Notes: generated by a model not told the origin, from the sequence alone. 64,000 nucleotides of DNA from Malacoraja senta (GCA_038087875.1 CM075987.1:11036001-11100000), one strand, 5' to 3'; positions 24,011 through 37,647 are shown, counted from the stretch's first letter. Numbers and translations: made by a program.

Positions 24011-24923
24011 ATGAGATTTAAGACCTTTATTTGGACATTCCTGTTTTCTACTTTTTCCAGAAAAACGGCATGTTCCTCTTTTTGGTTATAATTATTCATT
24101 CTATAGTACTTTTGTAAATGACTCTTCACATCCATTCTCTTATATCAATATCCTTTCCGTAATCTTCAAAAATACAAAAACACCAACCCCCATTCTCAGC
24201 CAGAAATAAAATGAGAGCTGCAATGAAGATCAGATCATTGCTGATGGAAAGATAGTGCTGTTTCCTGACTTTATATTAATGTGAATGGCATGGTGTGGAA
24301 CGAATTTGTAACTCGGATTGCATTCACAAACAGAATGGAAGTGAATATCAAATAGTCATTTCATCCTTTTTTGATTTTCCCATTGTGGTGAAGATTACAC
24401 AGTAATTCAGGTTGGAGGACATGCAAATAAATTGCTGCCTTGCACGAGAGGGTTTAAATTCCCATACAACTTCACACACAAACTACTGAAATCACTGGTG
24501 GAGCTTGACCTGTGTGCAGTCCGTTATCTGAATGTGAGTTGTGCAGTTTGTAAATGTCTGGGAAGATGCTGATCAGCAGCTTGTGCTGAGAAAGAAAACA
24601 GCTTGATTGCAAATTCATGTAATTTCTGTGTCAACAAGACATTTGCCAGAGTTTTGTAAATGTATGAGAACTAAATTCAAATAGTACTCGGCCCTAAACT
24701 GGGGTTATGTGGAGAGATCTGTGAAAAAAATATTTATTTTAAATGTTCCCCATTAATTGGTGCAACAAGAATACGTTGGTGGTAAACACTTCCAAGGTGT
24801 CTCTGTAAAAGGAGCAGGGGAGTTTATTTATCATGCAACAGCACCAAAATTTATCATTTGGGAATTTCTCACTGTCTGCAATATTGCTTGCTCTGTTTCC
24901 AAACATTAAATACTTGATGTTTA

Positions 24924-25012
24924 AGAACGAACTGCAGATGCTGGAAAATCGAAGGTAGACAAAAATGCTGGAGAAACTGGTTTGAAAAGAGGTTTCTCCA
25001 GCATTTTTGTCT
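24924..25012. mobile_element. Fold-back Penelope-derived mini-insertion
   Basis: GTAGACAAAAATGCTGGAGAAAC / GTTTCTCCAGCATTTTTGTCTAC perfect inverted repeat; flanking direct repeat ACATTAAATACTTGATGTTTA (24903-24923, 25013-25033). Confidence 0.85.
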
Positions 25013-25219
25013 ACATTAAATACTTGATGTTTATCGTATTGCCTTTAAAGTGTTCAGGGACAACGAGGTAATGAGAGGTGCTGTATAATTTCAAATTGAT
25101 CCAAGACTGGGATTTTTTAAATCATGCTGCTAATAATGATAGGAAGAATGTGTGAAATAAATTAAGTGAAAGAAAGCACAAGGTAGGTTTTAATATAAAT
25201 GAACAATATGGAGGACACT

Positions 25220-26310
25220 GTCTCTATTGCACTACATTGAGCTCTGAATCACCTTGACAATAAGAACAGCTATGTCATTGACTACACCTTGATAACAAAT
25301 ATGCTCATCTCTAAATTCCTCAACCTTGCCCTTGGGCTTCCATCTGCAACTGGCTTCTTGAGTTCCTGACCAGTGGACCTCAGTCGGTTAGAATTGATCA
25401 TAACATTTCCTCCATCCTAAGCCTCAACACTGATGTTCCTCATGGTTGTTTGCTCCGTCCACTGCTCTACTCCCTGTAGACCCATGACGTTATGGCCAAG
25501 AACTTGATGTTTACATTCAGCGTTAATACCATTGTTATCAGCCAGATCAACAGCAAAGATGAGGGGGAATACAGAAAAGTGATCAGTAACCTTATGTCAG
25601 TGTCAGAAAAACAGCCTAGCCCTTAATGCCAGAAAGACATAACAGTAGGTTATTGACTTAAGGAAGTAGAAGTTAGCTCATTAACTGAGCAGCTGTAAAG
25701 ATGGTCAACAACTTCTCGGCATCTATATCACGAACAATCTTACCTGGTCTCCTCACATTGATGCGTAAATCAGCGTATTTACACGCTTAGGCATCTGAGA
25801 AGATTTGGGATATCCACAAGGATTCTAAAGACTCACTATACGAGGTATTTTGATGAGATGGATCTTGGGACAGATAGCAACTGCTTTGCTCTAGACTGCC
25901 TGAACCAGAGAGTGGTGAACAACCCAATCCATCAAAGGCTCGTTATTTCCTTCCATCCAGTCCATTTTCATGATGTGTTGCTTCCATGCCCATTTACAGG
26001 AGCTTGAAAACCCAAACGTCCAGACAAGAACAGCTCCTTTTCCCACTGCTATCAGATGCCTAAACCAATCACTTCTTTCACACCCGCTTCTCGAAGGTGC
26101 TGCCACATACTCTTCCTATTAACAACATGCTTTGTATTTTTTGCACTATTTCAGATGGTACTACAATCTTTGTACCATCCTCTGGTTTTGCACTCATTGT
26201 ATTTAGTTTTGTTTTTAATTATTACCATGCATTCTGTTTATTCTCTGGGCTTCATGCAAACAAGGAATGTTACATACTGCAGGTGCAATGAAAATTAATC
26301 TGAATCTGGT
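25220..26310 (+). mobile_element. Rex1/L2-like LINE RT remnant with 3' tail (old, degraded)
   Basis: ICNWLLEFLT..PQSVRI, PHGCLLRPLLYSL*THD; tail ...aatctgaatctg. Confidence 0.75.
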
Positions 26311-26893
26311 AAATCTTTCCCCCTGTATATTAAACCTTTGCCCTCTAGTTTTAGACTACCCTACTCTGGGGGAAAAGACTAAGCGTGGAAATGCTCAGCA
26401 TGCCAGGTAGTATTTAAAGAGAGAACCGGGTTAGCATTTCAATTGGTGACTCCTAGACCTGGTGCAATGAATAGTAGATACTAATATAGTTGATTTAACT
26501 AATCTATGAAACCAAATATTCCATTTTTATTGGCATTTTAAGTGGTCCTGTTGTAAAATGTGACTGGAATGAAAATATTTCCCACAGTAATGCTTAAATA
26601 ATTTATTTAATAAATATGGATATAAGAATTTCTTTACAAAAGTAATAACACTAAACATTTTCTTGTTGCTATGAATTTGTGTTGCCATTACTAGAACACT
26701 TTCTTGGGTTTTTCTTTTGATGTTGATATTTTCAGGGAAAATGTTAATACTACTTGGGCATGACCTCTGAGTAGAAATTATATACTTTTTAAATGTATAT
26801 ACACACATACACACACACACACACAAGTGTTAAGGGTTTTCTATCTATTATTATTTCTTCCCAAACTGTGGCAGATGCTGGTTGGGATGCTTT

Positions 26894-27410
26894 AAAGTAA
26901 AGTAAAGTAAAGTATCCTTTATTGTCATTCAGACTTTTCAGTCTGAACAATATTTTGTGCCTTGCAGTCATAACATAGAATAAAATAACAACACACACAA
27001 TAAACACAGATTTAACATCCACCACAGTGAGTCTACCAGGCCCTCCTCACTGTGATGGAAGGCAAAAGTCTTAGAGTCCATGTCTCTTCCCTCCTTGTTC
27101 TCCCTCTGCGTTGAGGCGATGCAAGATTCCGATGTTGGACCCCGCTGGGTGATGGTAAGTAAGTCCCGCGGCCGAATCCGAGCTCCGCGAACGGGCCGGT
27201 TCAAACTCCGCGGCCCGGGGTGGTCGAAGCTGCCGCCCTCCAGTCCAGCAGACGAGCTGTAGTTGCGGGAGCTCCAGAAAAACAGGTCACCCACCTGTGA
27301 CCTGCGAGCTACCGACGATGTCGTCCACTGGGCCCGCGGCCGAACCTCCGGATTCAGGTCGCCACCAGTGTCCTCGGTCGCCACCGCCGGAACGCCACCG
27401 CAGCCCCGAT
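26894..27410 (-). mobile_element. LINE 3'-UTR-type element with (TTTAC)n tail, CpG-rich
   Basis: aaagtaaagtaaagtaaagt + cctttattgtcatt (AATAAA on -) then a GC-rich body. Confidence 0.65.
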
Positions 27411-28010
27411 GTGGGATTTGTGTGATGTTCTAGTGCTAATTTAGATCCTATCATCATACATTTGTCAAATGTAATTTACAAATGATTATCTATAAATAAC
27501 TATATTTGTATATTAGTGGAAATGGTCTTTCAGGTGTATAGTACGCCTGTGTCTCGTATGTGTGAGTGAGATAGTATTTGTATTCATCAAGAAAAACAAA
27601 GAGAATGATCGATAATGAAATATTTTTGGTTTGGATGTCCTGTGTCAACAGCGGGGTATCTGAGATCAGCATGCAATGTAATTCAATCCAGGTACTAGTG
27701 AATCTTAAATCTAATGAATTAGATTCATTAGGGCCTTCAAATACATAAGACTTTTAGTTTATCCCTCTGGGCTGGATTTAAACCTAATTCATTTATGTGA
27801 GCAAAGAGTTTAGTTCACTGCCTTGCCTTGTTGTAATTGTTTAACTAATGTGCTTTGTGTCGATAGTTTCATGATATTACAAAGGGCATTCATGTCTCAC
27901 AAAATGTCAGTTTCTGCAATTTTACAAAATGTATTGTTGTATTAGCTTGTGCTAGAGAAAAGTTGCAATGCATTTTGATATGAATGAAGGGGTCTCATTG
28001 GAGATATTTT

Positions 28011-28612
28011 AAGTAAGTAAGTAAGTTTATTGGCCAAGTATTCACATACAAGGAATTTGCCTTGGTGCTCTGCCCACAAGTAACAACATGACAGTTACGA
28101 ATGACTCAGAAAACACTAAACATTAATAATAATAAAACATTAATGATAAAACACCATTGATCAAGCATGTGAACCAACAAAATACTAGATCAAAGGGAGG
28201 CTACAGATTTTTGGCTGTTAAGTAGAGCAACTACTCGTGGATAAAAACTGTTTTTATGTCTGTCTGTGGCAGCTTTGACAGTCTGGAGTCGCCTTCCAGA
28301 AGGAAGTGTTTCAAAGAGTTTGTGGCCAGGGTGAGAGGGGTCAGAGATGATCTTGCCCGCTCGCTTCCTGGCCCTTGCAGTGTACAGATCATCAATGGAG
28401 GGAAGGTTGCAGCCAATAATCTTCTCTGCTGATCGGACGATACGCTGCAGCCTCCAGGTGTCGTGGTTGGTGGCTGAGCCAAACCAGACCATGATGGAGA
28501 AGGTGAGAACAGACTCTACGATGGCCGTGTAGAATTGGATCATCATTGCCTGTGGCAGATTGTGCTTCCTCAGCTGCCGCAGGAAGTACATCCTCTGTTG
28601 TGCCTCTGTACA
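28011..28612 (-). mobile_element. Rex1-like LINE 3' end, young (open frame)
   Basis: AQQRMYFLRQLRKHNLPQAMMIQFYTAIVESVLTFSIMVWFGS...DPSHPGHKLFETLPSGRR...NSFYPR; (TTAC)n tail. Confidence 0.9.
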
Positions 28613-28924
28613 GGTACATCCTCTGTTGAGCAAATCATTTTGTTTCCTGAAAGAAACAAGCTTGACCATTAAGTTGGAAATATATAAAACTGCAATTTGA
28701 TCTAATAATTAGGCTGTCATTATCATAATCCTGTTCTAAATTGTAATAAAATTGCATTCGTCGAAAATGAGATTAAAAGTGGACCCTCTATGAATGGTGG
28801 AGACTTCAATTCAATAACATACATTTGGATAATTTCCAGTCACTAAATCATTCTGTTAACTGAAAAATGCAACTACATAGGTAATGTTCTGGGAAAATAC
28901 CTTTGTTGTCGATGCCAACAAGTG

Positions 28925-29355
28925 CCATGGTGGCTGCTGCCTCATATCTCCAGTGATCTGGCCTCAATCCTGACCTTGGTTTCTGCAGTATGGGAGTTTT
29001 CCCTTGGACTCCATGATTTCCTCCTGGTGCTCTGATTTTCTTCCATATCCCAAAGACATGTGGGTCTTCTTCATCTTCTTGCGTATGGCGTGCTCAGCCT
29101 AAAGTTGTAGAACAACTTGTTCTATTTGATCTTATTTGATTGTGCACGCCGGGTTGATTGCATTCGTCAAAACATGAAGGTTGCAATCTTCCACCCCGAC
29201 ATTAATTAATTGACCTCTGTAAATTGCCTCTATTGTGTAATTGAATGGTAGAATCTAGGGGCTTTGATGAGAATGCTGGAGAATAACATGGGATTAGTAT
29301 AATATTATTATAAATGGATGCTTGCTGTCTGGCACAGATTTGGCAGAAGACTCTG
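28925..29355 (+). mobile_element. Degraded tRNA-derived SINE interrupted by a ~135 bp insertion (29065-29200)
   Basis: gctgctgcctcat...ctcaatcctgacc...catatcccaaagac...taaattgcctcta; insert begins cttcttcatcttctt (reversed GAA tail). Confidence 0.6.
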
Positions 29356-29779
29356 ATTCTGTTGGAATAACGTTGACTTGTAAGATCAGCTGGTTCCATA
29401 TCATTGAGCTCCAGTGCATTCATTGTGTGCTCTGTTACCAAACTTACTAAAAATCCAATTTTGCATGACAGAATCGCTGCTTCTTCCTGGCCACAATACC
29501 ATAGCCACATTGACAATTTCTCAGAATAAAATTGACCAGCTGATTTAATTGATAACTGTTTTGAAACATTGTCCTGAAAGCTTGTGTCTGCTTCACTAGA
29601 GTTTGGTGCCTTTCCTATATTGCACAACTATGTAGCTTGGAGACTAATGCACTTTGAAACAGCTCTGTGATTATAATTGAAATTACAAGTGCCTGTCTGA
29701 TATTGAAGTTATTAATTGATGGGGGATATCATGATGAAATCAAAATGATGTGGCATAGAGGAATTTTGCCCAATCTTCT

Positions 29780-31255
29780 TTAGTAGTCAGTACATCACCC
29801 TAAAGGATAATGGAGGGAATTTGTGCTAGGTGCCAGAGTATGTAGGCAAGGCACTAAACAAGGACTTTGCATCTGCACCAATGAGAATGACATGGAGGAC
29901 AGTGAGATAAGTGGAGAATACTATTATGCAAGGGCAGTTTGAGATTAAGAAGGAGGTGGTGTTGTGGACATTTGAAGGGCCATAAGGTGAAAAAAAATCA
30001 CCAATGCCTGATGGGATTTATCTTGGGTTATTAAGAGAAGAGAGCTTTTGCCTTGATGAAGATCTTTTCATCTTCTCTAGTCATGGTCTCAGAGGATTGG
30101 AGAGTTGCTAATGTTCCTTTGTTTAAGAAGGAAAGTACAATCCAGGGAATGATAGGCTGGTGAGCCTCATGTCAGTGGTAGATGATTCTTTTGGAGATGA
30201 TTCTTCGGAATAGGATTTGGAAGAGAATGGACTAATTAGGAAGAGTCATGGCTTTGTATGTGACAGGGCATATCTAACTAACGTGATTAAATCTTTTGAG
30301 GAGATGACGAAAGTGATCGATGAGGGTAGGGTGATGTATGTTGTCTATATGGATTTTAGTAAGGCATTTGATAAAGTCCCTCATGGTAGCCTGATCCAAA
30401 AGGTTAATATGCACAGGATTAACAATTACTTAGTTCTATTGATTCAAAAGTGGCTTACTGATAAAAGACAGAGGATTGTGGTGGAAGGTTGGAGGTCCAG
30501 AAATATATAAATGACTTGGATGTAAATATAGGTGGGTTATTAAGTGGGTTTTGCAGACGACACAGATTGCTGGAGTTTTGGACTGTGAGGAAGGCTGTCA
30601 AAGTATACAGCAGGATATCGATCAGCTACAGAAATGGCAGATGGACTTTAATCTGAGCAAGCATGAGGTGTTGGGTGGTTGGAGCATGGAGTATAAGAAT
30701 CATAAAGTCATGATGCAACTTTATAGGATCTTGGTTAGGCAAATATGAGTATTGCATGCAATTCTGGTTGCCCGTTATAGGAATGATGTGGAGGCTTTAG
30801 AGAGGGCGCAGAAGAGATTTGCAAGAATGACTGGATTAGAGGGTATTAGATATAAGGAAAGGTTGGAAGGACTTGGATTGTTTTCTATGGAATGCTGAAG
30901 GTTGAGGGGAGATCTGATAGAAGTATATCAAATTATAGACAAAGAAGACAATCGGCATCAGCCAGGGTGAAAATATCAAATGCTACTGGGCTTTGCTTTC
31001 AGGTGAGAGAGGCAAGTTTTAAGGAGATGTGCTGGGCAAGTTTATTTTTATACATAGGGTGATGAGTGCTTGGAGCGAGTTGCTGGGGGTGGTGATGGAG
31101 GCAGATATTTTAGTGGCATTTAGATAGGCACATGGATATGCAGGGAATTGAGGGATATGGATCATGTGCAGCAGATGAGATTAGTTTATTTTAGCATCAT
31201 GTTCAGCACAGACATTGTGGGCCAAAGGGCTGTGCTGTACTGTATCTCTGCTCTT
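29780..31255 (+). mobile_element. CR1-type LINE RT to 3' end (degraded)
   Basis: HGFV..R.YLTN.I.SFEE.TK.IDEG...VVYMDFSKAFDKVPH; FADDT-like; CR1 3' tail. Confidence 0.92.
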
Positions 31256-32124
31256 TTCCCAAAAACTCCTCAGATTTTCCCTGGGGAATTGGAGCTCTGG
31301 AACTTGCTGGTGGAAAATGGAAACTTGCATTTAAAGGATTATCTGCATGAGCATGTGACATTCTGGGACACCATATGCACGGACATAGACTGAATGTTGG
31401 AAAGTGTAATCAGTTTGAATAGCTCTTAGGTGGCCTGGAATGCATAAGCCAAATGCTGCTGTGCTGCAGGATTTAGGTTTTGTGATTTTTTGCATAAGCT
31501 GTTTAATCAATTCATGTGACAAGTGATGGTTGTGGGTTGAAATAAACTATTGATTCCCTTTGGACGATCAACTTTAAAGAAAGTTAGATTGTTTTACATG
31601 GTAATTGTAAGAAGGTAACAACCATTTCAATCCAATGTACCCATTTTGAATATACTGCTGACACTGGAAATTAGAAATAAAAATCAAAAATGGACATAAC
31701 ATCAGAACCATCGCTCCCAGATGTTTCTCTCCACAGATTTTGTCTGATCTGCTCAACATTTACATCTTTTTCCACTTCAGATTTCAGTTTCTACAGTGTT
31801 TTACTTTTGTTTTATTGTTTAATTTACATTGGGATCAGTGCTCTACACTACTTTTAGGATATACTAGACTAAGTGGGACCCGTTGGTCCCCCAACGCAAT
31901 ATTCCACCTCTCCACCAATTCTGGTGGCCAGTGGGGGGGGCTTTCTGGAGCGCTAGTATGGGTGTTGTGGGCTGATGGGACTGGTTTCCCGAGGGCTAGT
32001 ATGGACATTGTGGGCCGAATGGAATCTTGGGCTGGTGGCTCAGTCACTCAAGCCTGGTGTGCTGGCAGCTCACTCACGGCTAGTGGGCTGGCAGTTGACT
32101 CACGGCTATTCCTTGAAATTCCAT

Positions 32125-32533
32125 TTCAAGCGGGGTGCAAGGCCGCCAAATTCAAGTGCAGTTTCATACCCCTTCAAGCAGGGTGCAAGGCCACCAAATT
32201 CAAGTGCAGTTTCCTGCCACTTTAAGCAGGGTGCAAGGCCACCAAATTCAGGTGCAGTTTCATGCCACTTCAAGCAGGGCACAAGGCCACCAAATTCAAG
32301 TGCAGTTTCATGCAACTTCAAACAGGGTGCAAGGTCACCAAATTCAAGTGCAGTTTCATGCCACTTCAAGCAGGGTGCAAGGCCACCAAATTCAAGTGCA
32401 GTTTCATGCCACCTCAAGCAGGGTGCAAGGCCACAAAATTCAAGTGCAATTTCATGCCATTTCAAGCAGGGTGCAAGGCCACCAAATTCAAGTGCAGTTT
32501 CATTCCATTTCAAACAGGGTGCAAGGCCACCAA
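32125..32533 (+). repeat. 48-bp minisatellite, ~8.5 copies
   Basis: Unit TTCAAGCAGGGTGCAAGGCCACCAAATTCAAGTGCAGTTTCATGCCAC. Confidence 0.95.
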
Positions 32534-32628
32534 AGACAGAGAGTCGTGACCTCTCCCTCCCCATCTTGCAGAGACTGAGCCACGCCCACACTTCCGGGTT
32601 TTATAGTCCCTCCCCCCCTCAGCAGGCA

Positions 32629-32820
32629 GCAACCAACACTTTAGCATTTTCAAAGCAACCAACACTTTAGCATTTTCAAAGCAACCAACACTAGCATTTT
32701 CAAAGCAACCAACACTTTAGCATTTTCAAAGCAACCAACACTTTAGCATTTTCAAAGCAACCAACACTTTTGCATTTTCAAACTGCATTTTCAAACTGCA
32801 TTTTCAAACTTCATTTTCAA
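32629..32820 (+). repeat. 26-bp tandem repeat (~5-6 copies) grading into a 13-bp repeat
   Basis: CAACCAACACTTTAGCATTTTCAAAG, then CTGCATTTTCAAA. Confidence 0.92.
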
Positions 32821-32886
32821 ACCACATTAAGGGCACTCACAGTTTAGTAGACATGTGTAGAGTGTTATTCACAGCTCAGACTGAGA

Positions 32887-32979
32887 GACGTGACGTGACG
32901 TGACGTGACGTGACGTGACGTGACGTGACGTGACGTGACGTGACGTGACGTGACGTGACGTGACGTGACGTGACGTGAC
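32887..32979 (+). repeat. (GACGT)n pentanucleotide microsatellite, ~18 units
   Basis: Perfect gacgtgacgtgacgt run. Confidence 0.97.
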
Positions 32980-33461
32980 CCTCTCGCTTCCCCCATCTTG
33001 CAGAGACTGACTGAGGCACTCAACACTTCTGGGTTTTATAGTCCCTCCCACCTCTCACTGGAAGGGGCGTGGCCTTCATGGCGTGATTGACAGGAGGGAG
33101 AATCTCAACATTTTTAATACATTAATAAGTCTTTTATTTTTCATCGATGGGAAAAATCCTCTTGTCCTGCCCAGCGGAGGGGACTCTTGAGTAAGATGGC
33201 CAAAAATCATAGCCGTAAGTGGTAGCGTTTTTTCTAAAATCAATATGCAGTGCAAACAGGAAGTGGTCAAGATGAGACTTTTAGTAATATAGATTCAGGG
33301 TATTTTAGAATATTAATTCAGAATATTAGTATACTTTTAGTTTCAATAGACTTGACACTTATCGGAAAACTACTGTTCAGACATAATATTGTTAATTTCA
33401 ATACCAATAAATTGCTCATACTTACAATCTTTTCCATCATCACAAGTCTGTCACACCCGTA

Positions 33462-34010
33462 AGGGGCTGTCCCACTGCAGCGACCTAATCCGCGAGTTCA
33501 GAAGAGTGTCTTCGACCTTCAAGCTCGAGGGCACCGGGGGAGAAGAGGGGAAGAGAAGGGGGGGAGCAGGGTGCGGGGGGGGGGGGGGGGAGAAGGAATG
33601 GAGACACTTTTAAGAAGTCAGACAACGTTTAATAAAGTTTAGCGGGCATTTAACCTCCCGGTCGGTTTTCCTTGGTCCTGAATACTCCAATGAGCCAATT
33701 AAAATGCCCGGTCAGCGAAGGAGATTGCCTACGGCTGCCCTCGACTACCTGTAACTACATAGCGACCCCACTCCACTGCACTACGAGTTAAAAAGAATCA
33801 TTCCGACCAATTTTTACTCGTGGAAAAATTTTCCACATGCTGAAAATGTTTCCGCGACCTAGCTGAGGCCGCGATTATGCGGGAACTTCCCTCGAGCATG
33901 GAGTAGAGTTCCAGTGACCTCATAGGACCGTGTCGACCATGCTGCGAGTTTGAGTCGAGGGCAAACTCTTCTAAACTCACAGATTAGGTCGTCGCAGTGG
34001 GACAGCCCCT
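33462..34010. mobile_element. PIF/Harbinger-like MITE
   Basis: TIR AGGGGCTGTCCCACTGC..CGACCTAATC / GATTAGGTCG..GCAGTGGGACAGCCCCT; TA/TAA flanks. Confidence 0.85.
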
Positions 34011-34347
34011 TAAGGTAGCTTTTTATTAGTGGGCGACCACACAGGAGGATTTCATTATATTTTTGCATTACTTCAGTTTTAGCAGCTGAAACTTGTCCTA
34101 TTTCAAAACCTTGTGAGTAAACTGTAGTGCAAGCTTTGAGAGAATAATTTTTGATCAAGCACTAATTTTAAATTTTCTTGATGGGAGTGAGTTTTGATTC
34201 AGTTTATATTTCAACAGTTTATATTTCAATAGTTTATATTGCAACAGATTCAGCTGAGGATCATTCTATTTATTATTGTATGTGGAATGGTACATTGCAA
34301 ACCATAGTGTTAGAAGGCATTAATGTTGTACTTCTACCTTTTTAAAG

Positions 34348-34513
34348 CCACCAAACAAAGACCCAAAGGAAGAAGGTGTAAATAGTCTAGAATGTGGGAA
34401 AAAACCACCACCTCCTTCATCACCATCATCACCATCACCACAACCAACATCACCACAGAAACAGATACTACCTCAGAATCAGAACAATGCAGCCACTAGT
34501 AAACCACAGTCAG
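34348..34513 (+). CDS. EHMT1: EHMT1 exon 4 (PPNKDPKEE...LPQNQNNAATSKPQS)
   Basis: tttaaag| ... CAG|gtaata; 166 nt, phase 0->1; KDP, PKEE and LPQNQ match GLP; not in the ORF track. Confidence 0.85.
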
Positions 34514-34941
34514 GTAATAAGAGAAACTGAACTGGAATACAGTAAGTTTTATTCAAATATGCATTCATTGTAGCATTCAAGTAATGCAGATATTATAATT
34601 TAACAAAATAATTAACAGTAAATATTTTAAAGCTGTAGTTTTGAGGTAGATATCCTGTAGAATTTTTTTTAAATCCTGACAATACTACATTAAAATGTTA
34701 TGCAATGGCAGAAATGTTTTAAATAGATATAGTATCTTATTTTAGCTTATATTTTGATTTAAAACCTAAATACTGAAGACTGATGTGTGTATTCAGAGAG
34801 TGCAGAGATTTCCAGTTTAAGTATATGTCTCAATGTATAATTATAATAGAGATAAGTGGCACATAAACATGAATGGAAAGCCATACCCATGCAGAGCATA
34901 CATTTCTTATTAAATATTCAAAATAATTAAAACTTTGACAG

Positions 34942-35069
34942 TGGCTAGGAAGAAGAAAAGAAAAATGGGAACATATAGCCTGGCTCCTAAGAAGAAGACC
35001 AAACTGCTAAAACAGCGCACCGTACTTGAAATGTTTCAGAACATGTCACAGTCTGCATCCGACATGCAG
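34942..35069 (+). CDS. EHMT1: EHMT1 exon 5 ([31 protein letters not shown])
   Basis: ttgacag| ... CAG|gtgggt; 128 nt, phase 1->0; near-identical to the GLP basic motif. Confidence 0.95.
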
Positions 35070-37139
35070 GTGGGTCGTGAAAAGTGTAAACCTTCCACAC
35101 AGAATTTGTTTTCCATTTCCACTTCAGAAAAACATGTTACAGAGTAGTTAAGAATAGGGTTATATTTTCAAATTCTGTCTTTTGCTATGGTTAGATTTTT
35201 TTAATTTGTTGTCCATTTTAGAACAAATTCCAATGTCCAGTGAGTATTGGTAATGGTTGGGCAAAGTTCCACCGAGATCATCCTTTGTCCTTCTTAAAAT
35301 GGTTGTGGGGTTCAATTTTGCTTGACAAAACTGCTCTCTGCAGCTTCACTTAAAACACAGCACCATTTATTTTTGTTAATGTTAATTTGTCTTAAATTGA
35401 GGAAGAAGTTGCTTTCAGTGTAATGGAAGATCTTGTTAGATCTGAAGAGTTTATATTGCAATAAAACCCCCCATCTGATTGGTAGGTCTTTAAAAAACAT
35501 GTTGGTTTTTACAATCTACTGTTTTCAAATTCTGAGTAAAATACTTTTCGCCCATTCTTAATTATAAATGATTTATGGTATTAGTATTTTTCATATAATT
35601 TACTTATGCGGCAAATGCCTCATTTGATTCAAGATGTTCAGATTGTACCATTGAAGGTAAAACTTCAACTTAAGACACATGACCACAAAAAAAGAGAAAA
35701 TATGACACCCTAAGAACTATATCTGATTCTTAGAACAGTCACTTAATTGATACATTCATTTTTTTCAAGCAAGATCTTGTTGAAGTGATATTTCCTTAAC
35801 TTAACCCATCTTTGTATCTTTGAAACAAATTTGGAATTTCTCAAATTAAAAAAAAGTAAATATTTGACGCAGTTGTCAGGTCATTCCCGTCTGAAAAGTT
35901 CGTATTTTAGTCCAATAAGCATGTTATACAAGTTATGAGCAAACAGGCTTCAGGGGAAGTGATGTAGTTGGATAAACTGTAGGAGAACTGTAGGAGAATT
36001 TTGATGGCAAAGGGGTGATACAGCAAAGTAGGTTTTCAATCTTTCTGCTGTTTCAGAAGCATTCCCTTTTATCCTTTCCTCTCTTTTCCCTCACTATAGA
36101 TGGAAAGCAATTGACAACAGTTAATTTTGCTTTTCTCTGCTGAAGCGACGATCATTTCCAATGACCTGTTTTTATTTGGATTTTCCAACATTTGCAGTAT
36201 TTTTTGCTTTTAAATTTTTTTGGGGTTTTATTAAATCCCCAGTATAATTGATACTTTATTTCCCAGTATTTAATTTGTTTTGACTTTTGCATTACGGAGC
36301 ATGAGAGGCAGTTCGTAAAATTGTTGATTTGCCCTTTCCATTCCAAGGACCATTTTCCACAATCATTTCTTAAAATAAAAATATAACATCTATTCATATC
36401 CCTCTTTTATGTAAAACCTGCAGATCTCTCTGAAAGAAGTAATCTAGAATGATGTAAACAAAAAATAAAAGCATTTTTCCCCCCCAATGTTTGCAATAAT
36501 AAGCCAGGTTGAATGTGATCAATTTACTCCTGGCCTTCATTTTGATCATGAATGCTATAACATTGTTTTAATAACAATCCCTGGCTTGGAATCACTTCTA
36601 GAATTCGGAATCTTTACAGGTAAAAAGTTATTCATTGATCAGACTTGAAATTCTTTCAGAGATTTGTAGTGAGGCATTCGCTGCACCAGAGGGTGCTGTG
36701 CTATGTTGGAAGGTTGCATATCAACGTGACTAATTGGATGCTTTTGAAATAAAATAAAAAGTATATGAAAGCTGGAACAAAAATAATATAGTTTTCTTTG
36801 AAACAGGGTGACTAAGTTATCTGAAGTGGAAAACAATGTCTAGAAATCACTGTTGCAATTTTTGAATGTAGTTTAAACTGGTCACTGACTGTATTACCAA
36901 AATATGATTTTTAAATGAAATGTGTAACAAGGTGCAAGCTGGTAATGATATTGACTGAAGGCTAAAGGTACAGGCCACGTTCATTCAAGAAAACGAGAAG
37001 CGAATGTGATGAATTGGAGTGCTTTAATTGGGTACTTGGGCTTTAAAAGGTGTACTATTCCAGATCAATGCAATGTGTTTGTCTGTTTTTATATATTTGA
37101 ATTGGGGTTGTGATCCATCTTTTTTCTTATGTATTAAAG

Positions 37140-37358
37140 GAACGAAATGACTCCTCCAATAGTGTCAATCAGAATGTAAATGGAGAAAATATTGATCCAA
37201 CTCAAAGTGTGGAATCTGAGGAAGATGAAGAGGAGGAGGACGAGGAGGATGAGGAGGAGGAGGAAGAAAAGTACAATATTGCAGACCAACCAGATTCAGA
37301 GTTATCCATGGACTTTGGAAGGCTTGATCACATTCGCAAGATGGAGCTTCCAAAGAAA
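37140..37358 (+). CDS. EHMT1: EHMT1 exon 6 (VNGEN + Glu/Asp-rich tract)
   Basis: attaaag| ... AAA|gtgtgt; 219 nt, phase 0->0; donor is weaker than the others. Confidence 0.85.
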
Positions 37359-37647
37359 GTGTGTACTTTGTGTGGTTTGCCAGTTAATTTCCACATTTTT
37401 AGAGCCTGGTTAAGTCCTGGTTAAGTGAATACTTGAAGATTTCTTTGTGCAATATCAAATTTAGAATGTTTGAATTGTGGAACATTTGCGGGTTTAGGAA
37501 TAAGAAATGCTGTTGATTTTTAACTTCTGGGTTTGATGTCCATAATTGAATAACTAACAATCAAAGGCCAGAATAGAAAATTACCTGTAGTGGGTTACAT
37601 GGCAATCAGAATACTGCACAAAACAAAACAAAAACACCCTTTTAGTA

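Larger units (their letters stand above)
31864..33293 (-). mobile_element. Non-autonomous Helitron, copy 2 (full length, minisatellite cargo)
   Basis: On - strand: A|TCTATATTACTAAAAGTCTC ... GGGGACCaacGGGTCCC hairpin-acttagtCTAG|T; no TSD. Confidence 0.9.

Noticed and set aside
31975-32670. 231-aa and overlapping repeat ORFs as genes
   Set aside because: Artefact of a stop-free 48-bp minisatellite
32125-32820. CRISPR-like repeat array
   Set aside because: Head-to-tail tandem units without unique spacers, inside a Helitron in a vertebrate intron; no cas genes
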